63,346 nucleotides of DNA from Candidatus Omnitrophota bacterium. Lineage in GTDB: Bacteria; Omnitrophota; Gorgyraeia; Gygaellales; Profunditerraquicolaceae. The first letter of the stretch is position 1. Each line of letters starts with the position of its first letter. Of this stretch, positions 38,485-48,543 are shown in pieces. Position numbers and translations under genes: made by a program. The notes beneath the pieces were generated by a model, which had not been told where the DNA came from, did no database searches, and saw nothing but the letters and a program-made list of their open reading frames with translations. The DNA is taken from assembly GCA_017992455.1 (NCBI GenBank), contig JAGOOP010000008.1, positions 1 through 63,346 on the forward strand. Direction: 5' to 3'.

Positions 38485-40197
38485 ATGAAAGCGCTTAAAG
38501 AGAACCTTATAGAGATCCTTCTGCAGAACAAGCTTCTGACGCAGGAGCAGCTCGACCGCGCGGTCAAGATACAGAACGAGCGCCGGATACCCTTGCGCCG
38601 CGTCCTGATCGACGAAAAGATCATCGGGGAGGAGCAGCTGCTTCAGTTCCTCTCGACGCATCTGTATATCCCGTCGCTGCACCTGAGCAAATACAAATTC
38701 GACCCTGAGCTCGTCAAGATCATCCCGGCGCATATGGCCCTCCAGTACACGGTGATCCCCATTTCAAAGATCGCCAACACCCTGACCGTCGCGATGGCCG
38801 ATCCGCTCAATGTTTTTGCGCTCGACGATCTCAAAGTCATCACCGGCTGCGATATCGATATCGTGCTGAGCCCCATCGAGGAAATATCCCGCGCGATCGA
38901 GGCGCATTATGTGGCCGAGTCCAAGGACATGCAGGAATTGATCGACGCGGGGGTCGATACGAAGGAGCAGGGCAAAGAAGACGTCCAGGTGGTCAAGGAC
39001 GAGGATATCGATCTGTCGAGCGCCGTTTCCGAAAGCGAAAAGCCTTCGATCGTGAAACTCGTGGATGTCATGCTCACCGAGGCGCTTAAGAAACGCGCGT
39101 CCGACCTTCACATCGAGCCGGTGATCGACGGCCTGAAGGTGCGGTATCGCGTCGACGGCGCGCTTCATGAGATCATCAAGCTTCCCAAAAAGAACCAGAA
39201 CGCCGTTACGGCGCGCCTCAAGATCATCTCGAACATGAACATTACCGAGAACCGCATCCCGCAGGACGGAAGGTTCAAGGTCAAGTTCGAGGGCAAAGAG
39301 ATCGATTTCCGCGTGTCGAGCCTGCCGACCACGTTCGGCCAGAAATTCGTCCTGCGCGTGCTCGACAAGGGGCAGCTTTCCATCGGCCTCGACAAACTCG
39401 GGTTCTCGCCGGAGCCTGCGCGTATATTCAAGGAGGCGGTTGCCAAGCCGTTCGGCATGATCCTGGTGACCGGGCCGACGGGTTCGGGCAAATCGACGAC
39501 GTTGTATTCTGTCCTCAACCAGCTCAATACCCCCCAGCGAAATATCGTCACGATCGAAGACCCCGTTGAATACCAGCTTGACGGCATCACCCAGATCCCG
39601 GTGCGCCACGATATCGGCCTGGATTTTTCCGCCGGCCTTCGCGCGGTCCTGCGCCAGAGCCCCGACGTCATCATGGTCGGGGAGATCCGCGATTCGGAAA
39701 CGGCGGACATCGCGGTCAAGGCGTCCCTGACAGGGCAATTGTTCCTTTCGACGCTGCATACGAACGACGCGCTCACGAGCATCACGCGTCTGATGGACAT
39801 GGGCGTGGATCCGTTCCTCGTGGCTACGAGCATCGTCATGGTCTGCGCCCAGCGCCTGTGCCGCCGGATGTGCCCCAAGTGCAGGAAACCGGTTACGGTC
39901 CCTGCCGCCTATTTGAAGGAGATCGGTTTTCCGTTCGAAGGCGTGACATTTTATAAGGCCGAAGGCTGTAAATCTTGCAATAATACCGGCATCTATGGTA
40001 GAATAGCAATACTGGAGGCCGTCCTTATTGATGATACGATCCGCGAAATGATCATCAAGAAACAATCGCTTGATTCCATCAGGGAATACGCCGTTACCAA
40101 ATTAGGCATGAAGATGCTGCGGGATGATGCTTTTATTAAGGTCAAGGACGGCATGACCACGCTTGATGAGGCGATACGCATCACGACAGAGGAATGA
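38485..40197 (+). CDS. PilB/GspE-family secretion/pilus assembly ATPase, copy 2
   Basis: It has the same architecture as copy 1: 'GPTGSGKSTT', 'MVGEIRD' and 'CPKC..CKSC'. Confidence 0.85.
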   Translation: MKALKENLIEILLQNKLLTQEQLDRAVKIQNERRIPLRRVLIDEKIIGEEQLLQFLSTHLYIPSLHLSKYKFDPELVKIIPAHMALQYTVIPISKIANTLTVAMADPLNVFALDDLKVITGCDIDIVLSPIEEISRAIEAHYVAESKDMQELIDAGVDTKEQGKEDVQVVKDEDIDLSSAVSESEKPSIVKLVDVMLTEALKKRASDLHIEPVIDGLKVRYRVDGALHEIIKLPKKNQNAVTARLKIISNMNITENRIPQDGRFKVKFEGKEIDFRVSSLPTTFGQKFVLRVLDKGQLSIGLDKLGFSPEPARIFKEAVAKPFGMILVTGPTGSGKSTTLYSVLNQLNTPQRNIVTIEDPVEYQLDGITQIPVRHDIGLDFSAGLRAVLRQSPDVIMVGEIRDSETADIAVKASLTGQLFLSTLHTNDALTSITRLMDMGVDPFLVATSIVMVCAQRLCRRMCPKCRKPVTVPAAYLKEIGFPFEGVTFYKAEGCKSCNNTGIYGRIAILEAVLIDDTIREMIIKKQSLDSIREYAVTKLGMKMLRDDAFIKVKDGMTTLDEAIRITTEE

Positions 40198-40201
40198 CGT
40201 T

Positions 40202-41272
40202 ATGATGCCCGCGAACAGCATATTGCTTTTGATGCATAACGAAGATACCTTGCGGTATTTTCGCGAACAGCTTCTGATCGACGGCGGCTACGCCGTGACG
40301 GCCGAGTCCGATCCCGCTGTTGCGCTGGGGCTGTTCAAACAGAACCCGTTCGACGTTGTTTTGACGGCGAGCGACATCCCCGGCTACGAAGGGGCCAGGA
40401 TCCTGCGGGAGATCAAGGCGGTCGATCCATACTGCGTTGTTCTGTTGTATGCCGAAACGCTCAACTATGAGCTGATGGAAGACGCGGCAGGCCTGGGCAT
40501 ATACGACTTTGTCACCAAGCCGATCAACGCGGAAAAGCTGTTCAATCTTGTACGCAAAGGGATCGAGCTCCACACCCTTCAGATCTCCCATGCCCGCACG
40601 GTCTCGATCCTGAAGGAACAGAACACATCCCTCCAGAAACAGAACATCCTCCTTGCCAAACGCATCGAGGATTCCGCGCGGAACCTGGCCCGTTTATATG
40701 AGGACCTGCGGGTCGTGTACATGCGCACGATCCGCGTCCTGGCGCATGCCATCGATGCCCGCGATCACTATACGCACGATCATTCGGAGAATGTCGCAAA
40801 ATACGCCGTTGCCATCGCCCGGCAGATGAACATGACCGTCAAGGAGATCGAGGTCATCCGCGATGCCTCGGAACTGCACGATCTGGGCAAGATCGGCATC
40901 GAGGACACGATCCTTATGAAGCCCGCCGGGTTGACCCCCGAAGAATGGCAGCTCGTAAAACTGCATCCGCAGATGGGAGCGCAGATCCTGGAACCGCTCA
41001 CTTTTTTGACCGATGTCATCGAGCTCGTGCGCCAGCATCACGAGCATTTCGACGGGTCCGGCTATCCTGCCGGCCGCAAGGGCGACGATATCATGCTGGG
41101 CGCGCGGATCATCCATCTGGCCGATGCATTCGAAGCCATGACCTCCCCGCGCTCATACCGCAAGGTCCCGTTTACCAAAGACGAAGCGATCGCCGAGATA
41201 ACGAGGAATGCGAAAACACAGTTCGATCCCCGTGTCGTCGACGCGTTCATGCAGGTGGCACATAATTTATAG
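40202..41272 (+). CDS. Receiver-like domain fused to an HD-GYP phosphohydrolase (RpfG-type c-di-GMP phosphodiesterase family)
   Basis: 'HDHSENVA', 'HDLGKI' and 'HHEHFDGSGYPAG' are present. The N-terminal CheY-like fold appears to lack the DD pocket and the phospho-acceptor Asp ('VVLTASDIPG'). Confidence 0.75.
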   Translation: MMPANSILLLMHNEDTLRYFREQLLIDGGYAVTAESDPAVALGLFKQNPFDVVLTASDIPGYEGARILREIKAVDPYCVVLLYAETLNYELMEDAAGLGIYDFVTKPINAEKLFNLVRKGIELHTLQISHARTVSILKEQNTSLQKQNILLAKRIEDSARNLARLYEDLRVVYMRTIRVLAHAIDARDHYTHDHSENVAKYAVAIARQMNMTVKEIEVIRDASELHDLGKIGIEDTILMKPAGLTPEEWQLVKLHPQMGAQILEPLTFLTDVIELVRQHHEHFDGSGYPAGRKGDDIMLGARIIHLADAFEAMTSPRSYRKVPFTKDEAIAEITRNAKTQFDPRVVDAFMQVAHNL

Positions 41273-41286
41273 GAGGAGGGATTCCT

Positions 41287-42489
41287 ATGTCAGTCTTTCA
41301 GTATAGCGCAAAGGATATGAACGGCCGGACGGTCGTCGGCGTGGTCGAGGCCCCGGGCGAGAACGAAGCCACCGCGATCCTGCAGAATAAATCGTATATC
41401 GTCCTTTCGCTCAAGCAGGTCAAGGCAAAGGCCCTTGCCGCCTCCGGCCAGAAGATCAAGCTCGACGATCTGGTCGTGTTCTCCCGTCAGCTGGCGACCA
41501 TGATCGACGCGGGCATCCCGCTTGTCCAGGCGTTGAGCATCCTTTCCGAACAGGTCGAGAATAAAGGGTTGAAAGCGGTCGTCCTGACCGTGCGCCAGGA
41601 TATCGAAGCGGGCATGTCCTTCTGCGACGCGCTTGCAAAACATCCCCATGTGTTCTCCGAGCTTTTCATCAACATGTCGCGCGCCGGAGAAGCATCGGGT
41701 ATGCTTGACGAGGTCCTGGACCGGCTTGCCTCGTACCTGGAAAAATCCGCGTCATTGCAGCGCAAGGTCAATTCGAGCCTTGTGTACCCGGCGGTCGTCA
41801 TCTCGATGGCCTTTTTGATCACCGCGGTGCTTCTTATCAAAGTCGTTCCCACGTTCAAGGGGATATTCGATATGCTCGGCGGGCAGCTGCCGCTGCCGAC
41901 GCAGATATTGATCATGATATCCGACGTTGTGAGGAAATATTTCTTTCTTGCGATAGTTGCCATGGGCGCAGTCGGGTATGCGTTCAAATGGTATATATCG
42001 ACGCCGAAGGGCGCGTATAAATTCGACGCGTTCCAGCTCAAGGTACCGGTGCTGGGTACCCTGTTCCAGAAGGTCGCCGTTGCGAAATTCTCCCGCACGT
42101 TCTCGACGCTTGTGCGAAGCGGCGTATCGGTCCTGAACGCGCTCGACATCGTCGGCAAGACATCGGGCAACAAGGTCGTCGAAGAAGCCATTTCGGAATG
42201 CCGCGTGGCGGTGCGCGACGGCGAGCCGATCGCCGTGCCGCTCCAGCGCAGCAAGGTGTTCCCGCCGCTGGTCTGCCGCATGATCGGCGTAGGGGAGCAG
42301 ACCGGACAGCTCGAGAAGATGCTCACCAAGATCGCCGATTTCTATGACGACCAGGTCGATGCCGCGGTCGCGGGCATGACAAGCCTTATCGAGCCGCTCG
42401 TCATCGCGCTGCTGGGCGTCCTCATCGGCGGCATCGTCATCGCCCTGTTTCTGCCGATATTTAAGATAACGGAATTGATAGGCAAGTAG
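41287..42489 (+). CDS. pilC: Type II secretion / type IV pilus platform protein (GspF/PilC family)
   Basis: It has two GspF repeats ('FSRQLATMIDAGIPL', 'FSRTFSTLVRSGVSV') and 3 TM segments. An AGGAGG SD is present. Confidence 0.85.
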   Translation: MSVFQYSAKDMNGRTVVGVVEAPGENEATAILQNKSYIVLSLKQVKAKALAASGQKIKLDDLVVFSRQLATMIDAGIPLVQALSILSEQVENKGLKAVVLTVRQDIEAGMSFCDALAKHPHVFSELFINMSRAGEASGMLDEVLDRLASYLEKSASLQRKVNSSLVYPAVVISMAFLITAVLLIKVVPTFKGIFDMLGGQLPLPTQILIMISDVVRKYFFLAIVAMGAVGYAFKWYISTPKGAYKFDAFQLKVPVLGTLFQKVAVAKFSRTFSTLVRSGVSVLNALDIVGKTSGNKVVEEAISECRVAVRDGEPIAVPLQRSKVFPPLVCRMIGVGEQTGQLEKMLTKIADFYDDQVDAAVAGMTSLIEPLVIALLGVLIGGIVIALFLPIFKITELIGK

Positions 42490-42567
42490 CGCGGGCGTTT
42501 TTCTGCAGGCGCCATAAGTTATGTAATTATTGTTGTTTGTGCTCAGCGATTAAATTAAAAATAGTTG

Positions 42568-42596
42568 TTGACAAATTTCGATGCCAATGGTATAGT
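42568..42596 (+). promoter_or_regulatory. rrn promoter P1 (TTGACA-17 nt-TATAGT) with an A/T-rich UP-like tract
   Basis: TTGACA lies at 42568-42573 and TATAGT at 42591-42596. 'taaattaaaaatag' lies upstream. Confidence 0.6.
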
Positions 42597-42652
42597 TACT
42601 AACCCTCAAGCAATGAGGGCCGCATCACGAAGGTCTTTGAAAAGAATTCCCC

Positions 42653-42680
42653 TTGACAAATTCTGTGCATCAGGTATACT
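42653..42680 (+). promoter_or_regulatory. rrn promoter P2 (TTGACA-16 nt-TATACT)
   Basis: TTGACA lies at 42653-42658 and TATACT at 42675-42680. Confidence 0.55.
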
Positions 42681-42835
42681 TTTAGTCCTGTGACAAGAAT
42701 GAGCGAGAGCGACAAATTCGGATAGTCCGATTTGCCCGAAGCATATGACGCTTTATGTAATATAAATGAAGGCGTCCCGTATGTGTCGGGACGCCTATTA
42801 AATTTCGGTCCTGATCGAAATTCAGGGGAACACCA

Positions 42836-42852
42836 GGTTCTTTGACAATTTA
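42836..42852 (+). promoter_or_regulatory. boxA-like antitermination element in the rrn leader
   Basis: GGTTCTTTGACAATTTA resembles the E. coli rrn boxA TGCTCTTTAACAATTTA. Confidence 0.55.
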
Positions 42853-42864
42853 AATAGCCAAGCC
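42849..42864 (+). other. 5' strand of the 16S processing stem (pairs with 45390-45405)
   Basis: TTTAAATAGCCAAGCC is the perfect reverse complement of GGCTTGGCTATTTAAA at 45390-45405. Together they bracket the 16S gene. Confidence 0.7.
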
Positions 42865-42944
42865 AAGAAAGACCCAAAGTCAATCAATGGGTTGAGAGGT
42901 AACAATAAGTAAACAGAGCCTTTTTCCAAATTTTCCTATATATA

Positions 42945-42988
<44 letters not shown>

Positions 42989-43484
42989 ATTAGGCATGCA
43001 AGTCGAGCGATGCTATTTGTTGAGAGGTTGAAGCCGCAAGGCAGATGCCAATTGACTTTTAGCAGAGCGGCAAACGGGTGAGGAATACGTGAGTAATCTA
43101 CCTCTATGTCGAGAATAACCTCGCGAAAGTGAGGATAATGCTTGATGTGGACAATGCCCCATAAGGGGTGTTATCTAAAGGTACCCGCAAGGATATCGCA
43201 TAGAGATGAGCTCATGCTCTATCAGCTAGTTGGTAGGGTAACGGCCTACCAAGGCGAAGACGGATAGGTGGCCTGAGAGGGTGGTCACCCACAAGGGGAC
43301 TGAGACACTGCCCCTACTCCTACGGGAGGCTGCAGTCGAGAATATTTAGCAATGGACGAAAGTCTGACTATGCGACGCCGCGTGAGGGATGAAGGTTTTC
43401 GGATCGTAAACCTCTTTCGATAGGGAAGAAACTCCCTGTTCGTAAGGACAGGTGCTGACGGTACCTAGAGAAGAAGCCATGGCC

Positions 43485-43516
<32 letters not shown>

Positions 43517-43748
43517 ATGGCGAGCGTTACTCGGATTTACTGGGTGTAAAGGGCAGGTAGGCGGTTTTGCAAGTTGAAGGTTAAATCCTCTGACTCAATC
43601 AGAGAGCTGCCTTCAAAACTACATTACTTGAGGATTGGAGAGGAGAGCGGAATTCCAGGTGTAAGGGTGAAATCTGTAGATATCTGGAGGAACACCCGTG
43701 GCGAAAGCGGCTCTCTGGACAATATCTGACGCTGAACTGCGAAAGCTA

Positions 43749-43782
<34 letters not shown>

Positions 43783-43879
43783 TAGCCGTAAACGATGAGC
43801 ACTAGGTGTCGGGGGTTAAACCCTCGGCGCCGTAAGCAAACGTGTTAAGTGCTCCACCTGAAGACTACGACCGCAAGGT

Positions 43880-43921
<42 letters not shown>

Positions 43922-44038
43922 ACATGTGGTTCAATTCGATGCTACGCGAAGAACCTCACCAAGGCTTGACATGCAGGAAGTATGAAGCTGAAAGGTGGAA
44001 GACCTGTCAAGTCAGGAGCCTGCACAGGTGCTACATGA

Positions 44039-44088
<50 letters not shown>

Positions 44089-44363
44089 TAACCCCTGTTT
44101 CTAGTTGCCACTTTCAAAGCCGCAAGGCCGAGAAAAGCACTCTAGAGAGACTGCTCGGGATAACCGAGAGGAAGGTGGGGATGACGTCAAGTCCGTATGG
44201 CCTTTATGCCTTGGGCTACACACGTGTTACAATGGCTACTACAAAGCGTCGCCAACCCGCGAGGGGGAGCTAATCGCAAAAAAGTAGCCTCAGTTCAGAT
44301 CGGAGTCTGCAACCCGACTCCGTGAAGCCGGAATCGCTAGTAATGGCGGATCAGCTACGCCGC

Positions 44364-44402
<39 letters not shown>

Positions 44403-44480
44403 AGCGATGGGAGCCGGGGGTACCTAAAGTACTCTAGCAATAGAGTCCTAAGGTAAAACTGGTGACTGGCGCTAAGTCGT

Positions 44481-45233
44481 GAAGTAAAGTTTGCGACCTT
44501 CCGATGTAAATCGGAATGAGAAATTCGGCTGTATGCTGGAACATCCGTAGTATCTCAAGATACCGAAAGGTGAAAATTCTTGAGTGCGGACAATCAGCAG
44601 GGAAGTCGTAATTGACCCCTCAGAGACTACACGCCGACCTCTTAAGGAGCAAAGCTTGGATAAAATAACCGTTGCTTATCTTCAAGGAACCTTGGGAGAT
44701 TCAACGTATAGCAAATTGCATAAGACGTATAGAATATCTCAGAATAATAGAGAATGGTTGCTTATGCTTAAAAATTTGCTTCAGTCGTTGGAGATCAAAG
44801 GATGGATATATAAAGAAGGCAAATCCAGGGACGTATATGTTCTTGAGACTACCTTCCAATCTTTATCCGGAGATTTTGATCCCTGTTCTCTCGAGACTAC
44901 CGAAGAAAAGCAAGCATATATACGCGGTTATTTTGATGCTGAAGGAGGCACTTCCCGAGTTAATACGGTCAGATTTTATCTGCAGTTCGCAGAGAAAAAT
45001 AAGACACGAATCGAGAAGGTCCGGAATCTCCTGAAAGAATTAGGGATCAATTGCGGGAAAATTCATAATCCCAGCAAGGTAACCGATCCTGATTATTGGA
45101 GATTTTATGTCAGTGCTGATTCCTACGATAAATTCGTTAAAGAAATCGGATCCTGGCATCCTAGAAAGCAGAAGCTTTTATCCAAAAGAGTGAAGATATA
45201 GTCCACGCTCTGTGGCGACACAGGGAGTACGTG
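44481..45233 (+). mobile_element. Group I intron in 16S rRNA (between E. coli-equivalent U1498 and A1499), 753 nt
   Basis: The flanks AAGTCGT|..|AACAAGGTAGCC restore the universal AAGTCGTAACAAGGTA. The 5' exon ends in T and the intron ends in G. IGS GCGAC (44493-44497) pairs with GUCGU via a G.U pair. Core motifs CAGAGACTACACG and GAAGATATAGTCC are present. Confidence 0.85.
44656..45201 (+). CDS. Double-motif LAGLIDADG homing endonuclease encoded in the 16S intron
   Basis: The motifs are 'VAYLQGTLGDST' and 'AYIRGYFDAEGG'. A likely TTG start at 44656 follows an AAGGAG SD (the listed ORF starts at GTG 44584). The TAG stop lies inside the GATATAGTC core motif. Confidence 0.75.
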   Translation: MDKITVAYLQGTLGDSTYSKLHKTYRISQNNREWLLMLKNLLQSLEIKGWIYKEGKSRDVYVLETTFQSLSGDFDPCSLETTEEKQAYIRGYFDAEGGTSRVNTVRFYLQFAEKNKTRIEKVRNLLKELGINCGKIHNPSKVTDPDYWRFYVSADSYDKFVKEIGSWHPRKQKLLSKRVKI

Positions 45234-45281
<48 letters not shown>

Positions 45282-45442
45282 TAATTTCGATACCTTGGAG
45301 ATTATTAGTTTGACTTGGAAGGCGTGGTTTGCGCAGGCAAGCCAACATGCGACAAGTTAAATCAGGTAAGCCCTTCAACAAGGCTTACCGGCTTGGCTAT
45401 TTAAAAAATTTTGCGTTGCTATGGGTAAGTTATATCAAAAAC

Positions 45443-45516
45443 GGGCCCATAGCTCAGATGGTTAGAGCACAGCCCTGATAAGACTGGGGTCAGTGGTTCG
45501 AGTCCACTTGGGCCCA
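45443..45516 (+). tRNA. tRNA-Ile (anticodon GAU)
   Basis: Manual cloverleaf: acceptor GGGCCCA/TGGGCCC, anticodon loop CTGATAA, T-loop TTCGAGT. It lies in the 16S-23S spacer. No CCA is encoded. Confidence 0.9.
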
Positions 45517-45561
45517 TTTATTTTATAATGGCCCGTGGTGGCATGATACCCTAGGTTCTCT

Positions 45562-45634
45562 GGGGCTGTAGCTCAGCTGGGAGAGCACCTGCTTTGCAAG
45601 CAGGGGGTCAGCGGTTCAATCCCGCTCAGCTCCA
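45562..45634 (+). tRNA. tRNA-Ala (anticodon UGC)
   Basis: Acceptor GGGGCTG/CAGCTCC including G3:U70, anticodon loop TTTGCAA, T-loop TTCAATC. Confidence 0.9.
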
Positions 45635-45818
45635 CATTAATTTTTCCGGACAACGGAAAAATTAATGTGCACTTGACGAGCGTAAAATGACGCGCCAAGC
45701 GTCATAGCGAGGAAAGTGCTCCAGTCATACACGTACGCAAAATTTCAAGCATAATACATTACGAGTACGCAAGGTCATCGCGCGGGAATCTTCTCCTGCG
45801 CGGGCTTGCGATACATTA

Positions 45819-45830
45819 TGCTCTTTGACA
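45819..45830 (+). promoter_or_regulatory. Spacer boxA-like element upstream of 23S
   Basis: TGCTCTTTGACA lies immediately 5' of the 23S processing stem. Confidence 0.5.
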
Positions 45831-45845
45831 TCTGCATTATTATGG
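45829..45845 (+). other. 5' strand of the 23S processing stem (pairs with 50905-50921)
   Basis: CATCTGCATTATTATGG is the perfect reverse complement of CCATAATAATGCAGATG at 50905-50921. Confidence 0.7.
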
Positions 45846-47856
45846 AAGAACTACAATTATAACCGAGTGAGTTATCGACTATTGTCAAGCTACTAAGGGT
45901 ATATGCACGGATGACTTGGTTAGGTGAGGCGATGAAGGACGGGGTAAGCACCGATATGCTTCGGGGAGCAGCAAACATGCTTTGATCCGGAGATTTCCGA
46001 ATGGGGCAACCCTGCGCGTAGAAATACGCGTAACTCTGCGATGAATACATAGTCGTAGAGAGCGAACGGGACGAATTGAAACATCTAAGTAAGCCCAGGA
46101 GAAGAAATCGAATGAGAGTCCCCCAGTAGAGGCGATCGAAAAGGGATGAGTCTAAACCGCGCGAAAATTCCGCAAGGAAAATTTGCGCGGGGTTGCGGGA
46201 CCTCGATGTGATAGTCAGAGGGATAGCAGAATTGCCTGGAAAGGCAAGCCAAAGAGAGTGAGAGCCTCGTAAGCGAAATTCTGATGACGTCTAGAGGTAT
46301 CCCAAGTACCACGGGACACGGGAAATCCTGTGGGAATCCAGGCTGACCACAGTCTAAGACTAAATACTACACCTAAACCGATAGTGCACCAGTACCGTGA
46401 GGGAAAGTTGAAAAGAACCCCGGGAGGGGAGTGAAATAGAACCTAAAATCATATACCTACAAAGCAGTGGAAGGGCTATGCCGTTGGCGCAAGCTGACGG
46501 AATGCCTGACCGCGTACCTTTTGCATAATGGTCCGACGAGTTTATGTTGCAAGCGAGTTTAAGTGTTGCGTGAAAGCGTAACATGGAGGCGTAGGGAAAC
46601 CGAGTGCTAACCGCGCGTTTAGCTTGCAATATAAGACCCGAAGCTGAGTGATCTATCCATGGCCAGGGGGAAGTTCCGGGAAACCGGGATGGACGCCCGA
46701 ACCCTCGAGCGTTGAAAAACTCTTGGATGAGCTGTGGATTGGAGCGAAAGACTAAACAAACTCAGAAATTGCTGGTTCTCCCCGAAACAATTCTAGGGTT
46801 CGCCTTTAGAAACTACATCGGAGGGGTAGAGTGCTGAATGGACTACGGGAGTCTACCGACTTGCTGAGTCCAACCAAACTTCGAATACTACGATGACTAT
46901 CTAAGGAGTAAGACGACGGGGGCCAAGCTCCGTCGTCAAAAGGGTAACAGCCCAGACCACCAGCTAAGGTCCCTAATCATAAGCTAAGTTGTAAAGGATG
47001 TGGATCCGCAATAACAGCCAGGATGTTGGCTCAGAGGCAGCCATCATTTAAAGAGTGCGTAACAGCTCACTGGCCGAGCGAGTCTGCGCCTAAGATGACC
47101 GGGGATCAAGCTTATAACCGAAGCTGTGGGTTCGATCTGCCTTCGGGCAGATAGAGCGGTAGGGGAGCATCGTCCAATTGGGTGAAGCTGTACCGTAAGG
47201 AGCAGTGGACATTGGACAAGGGATTATGTCGGAATGAGTAGCGAAAACGTCTGCGAGAAACAGACGCGCCGAAAGTCGAAGGTTTCCTGGGGAAGGTTAA
47301 TCCACCTAGGGTTAGTCGTGCCTAAGCCGAGGCCTTATGGCGTAGGTGATGGATACAAGGTTAATATTCCTTGACTAACTGATTGGCGTTATCACTTGTG
47401 TGTGACACAGGAGGGACGAGTCTGCGAGGTGTTGGATGTCCTCGTTTTTGCATCCGGAAGGATGCGAAGGGACCCTGAGGTTTCCGAGGGGGAAGTGAAT
47501 CGATTCCACACTGTCCAGAAAAACCACATGAGGAGTCAATCGGTTACACGTACCGGAATCCGACACAGGTAGACCACCAGAATATGGTAAGGCGATCGAG
47601 ATAACCCTCTTTAAGGAACTCTGCAATCTAGCCGCGTAAGTTCGCAATAAGCGGTGCCCTGCCCCGTAAGGGGATGGGGTCTCAGTAAAGTGGATCGGGT
47701 GACTGTTTAGCAAAAACACATCTCTCTGCAAACTCGTAAGAGGACGTATAGGGAGTGACACCTGCCCAGTGCTGGAAGGTTAAGGGAATTCGTCAGTTGG
47801 GAGCAATCCTTTCGAAGCGATGAACCGAAGCCCCAGTAAACGGCGGCCGTAACTAT

Positions 47857-48532
47857 AGGCTGGACCAAATGTAGTTGTAAAATCTGGCTATATGCTGGAA
47901 AATCCCGTTAAGCTGATGGTACATCCCGAATATTATCGGGATCGTGACAATCTGTCAGATAGGGATTATCAGCAGGAAAGACCTGAAGGAGGTCTCCATG
48001 AAAGCTGAAATCGGCTATTATCTTGCCGGTTTTGCCGACGGAGAAGGGAGCTTTAACGTGTCCTTTCGCCCAAGGCAAGACTACAAATCACCATGGAAAG
48101 TTTCTTTGTGTTTCAATATCTCTCAGAAAGATAAAGTTATTCTTGCTTTATACAAACGCTATTTGGGCTGCGGCACACTTCGCGGCAGGCCTGACGGTGT
48201 TTGGTATTTCGAAGTGAATAATCTAAATGCAATCAGGGAGATAGTAATACCTTTCTTCAAAAGATATCCGTTCCTATCAGCGAAGAAAAAACGCGATTTC
48301 GCGAAATTCTGCGAACTTGCCAAGTTGATCACGAACGAAAATCATCTGACAGAAGAAGGTATAAAGAAAATACTTGAGATACGAAGAGACATGAATGATG
48401 GTGGTAAACGAAAATACAGCGAAATGGAGATACTCAGTAAGCTGAAGGAATCCTCAGAGACTATACGCCAGACTCCTCAAACAGGAGATGATATAGTCCG
48501 GTCTTCCGAGGAATCGGAAGTTAACATACACG
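47857..48532 (+). mobile_element. Group I intron, 23S site about L1917 (helix 69 loop), 676 nt
   Basis: GTAACTAT|..|AACGGTCC restores GUAACUAUAACGGUCC. IGS GTAGTT (47871-47876) pairs with AACUAU. The intron ends in G. Core motifs CAGAGACTATACG and GATGATATAGTCC are present. Confidence 0.85.
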
Positions 48533-48543
48533 AACGGTCCTAA
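47998..48543 (+). CDS. Single-motif LAGLIDADG homing endonuclease (I-CreI-like class) in 23S intron 1
   Basis: An ATG at 47998 follows a GGAGG SD. 'YYLAGFADGEGSF' is present. The C-terminus is read through the P7 core. The TAA stop (48541-48543) lies in the downstream micro-exon. Confidence 0.8.
   Translation: MKAEIGYYLAGFADGEGSFNVSFRPRQDYKSPWKVSLCFNISQKDKVILALYKRYLGCGTLRGRPDGVWYFEVNNLNAIREIVIPFFKRYPFLSAKKKRDFAKFCELAKLITNENHLTEEGIKKILEIRRDMNDGGKRKYSEMEILSKLKESSETIRQTPQTGDDIVRSSEESEVNIHERS

Noticed and set aside
42842-42870. A third TTGACA (42842-42847) as a possible rrn promoter P3.
   Set aside because: No acceptable -10 hexamer lies 16-18 nt downstream (AAGAAA). The TTGACA is better explained as part of a boxA-like antitermination element (GGTTCTTTGACAATTTA), with a second boxA-like copy before 23S.
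44584-44655. GTG start at 44584 for the 16S-intron endonuclease, as in the ORF track.
   Set aside because: The first 24 codons read through the ribozyme core (GGGAAGTCGT...CAGAGACTACACG). A TTG at 44656, 6 nt after AAGGAG and just before the first LAGLIDADG motif, is more plausible. This remains uncertain.
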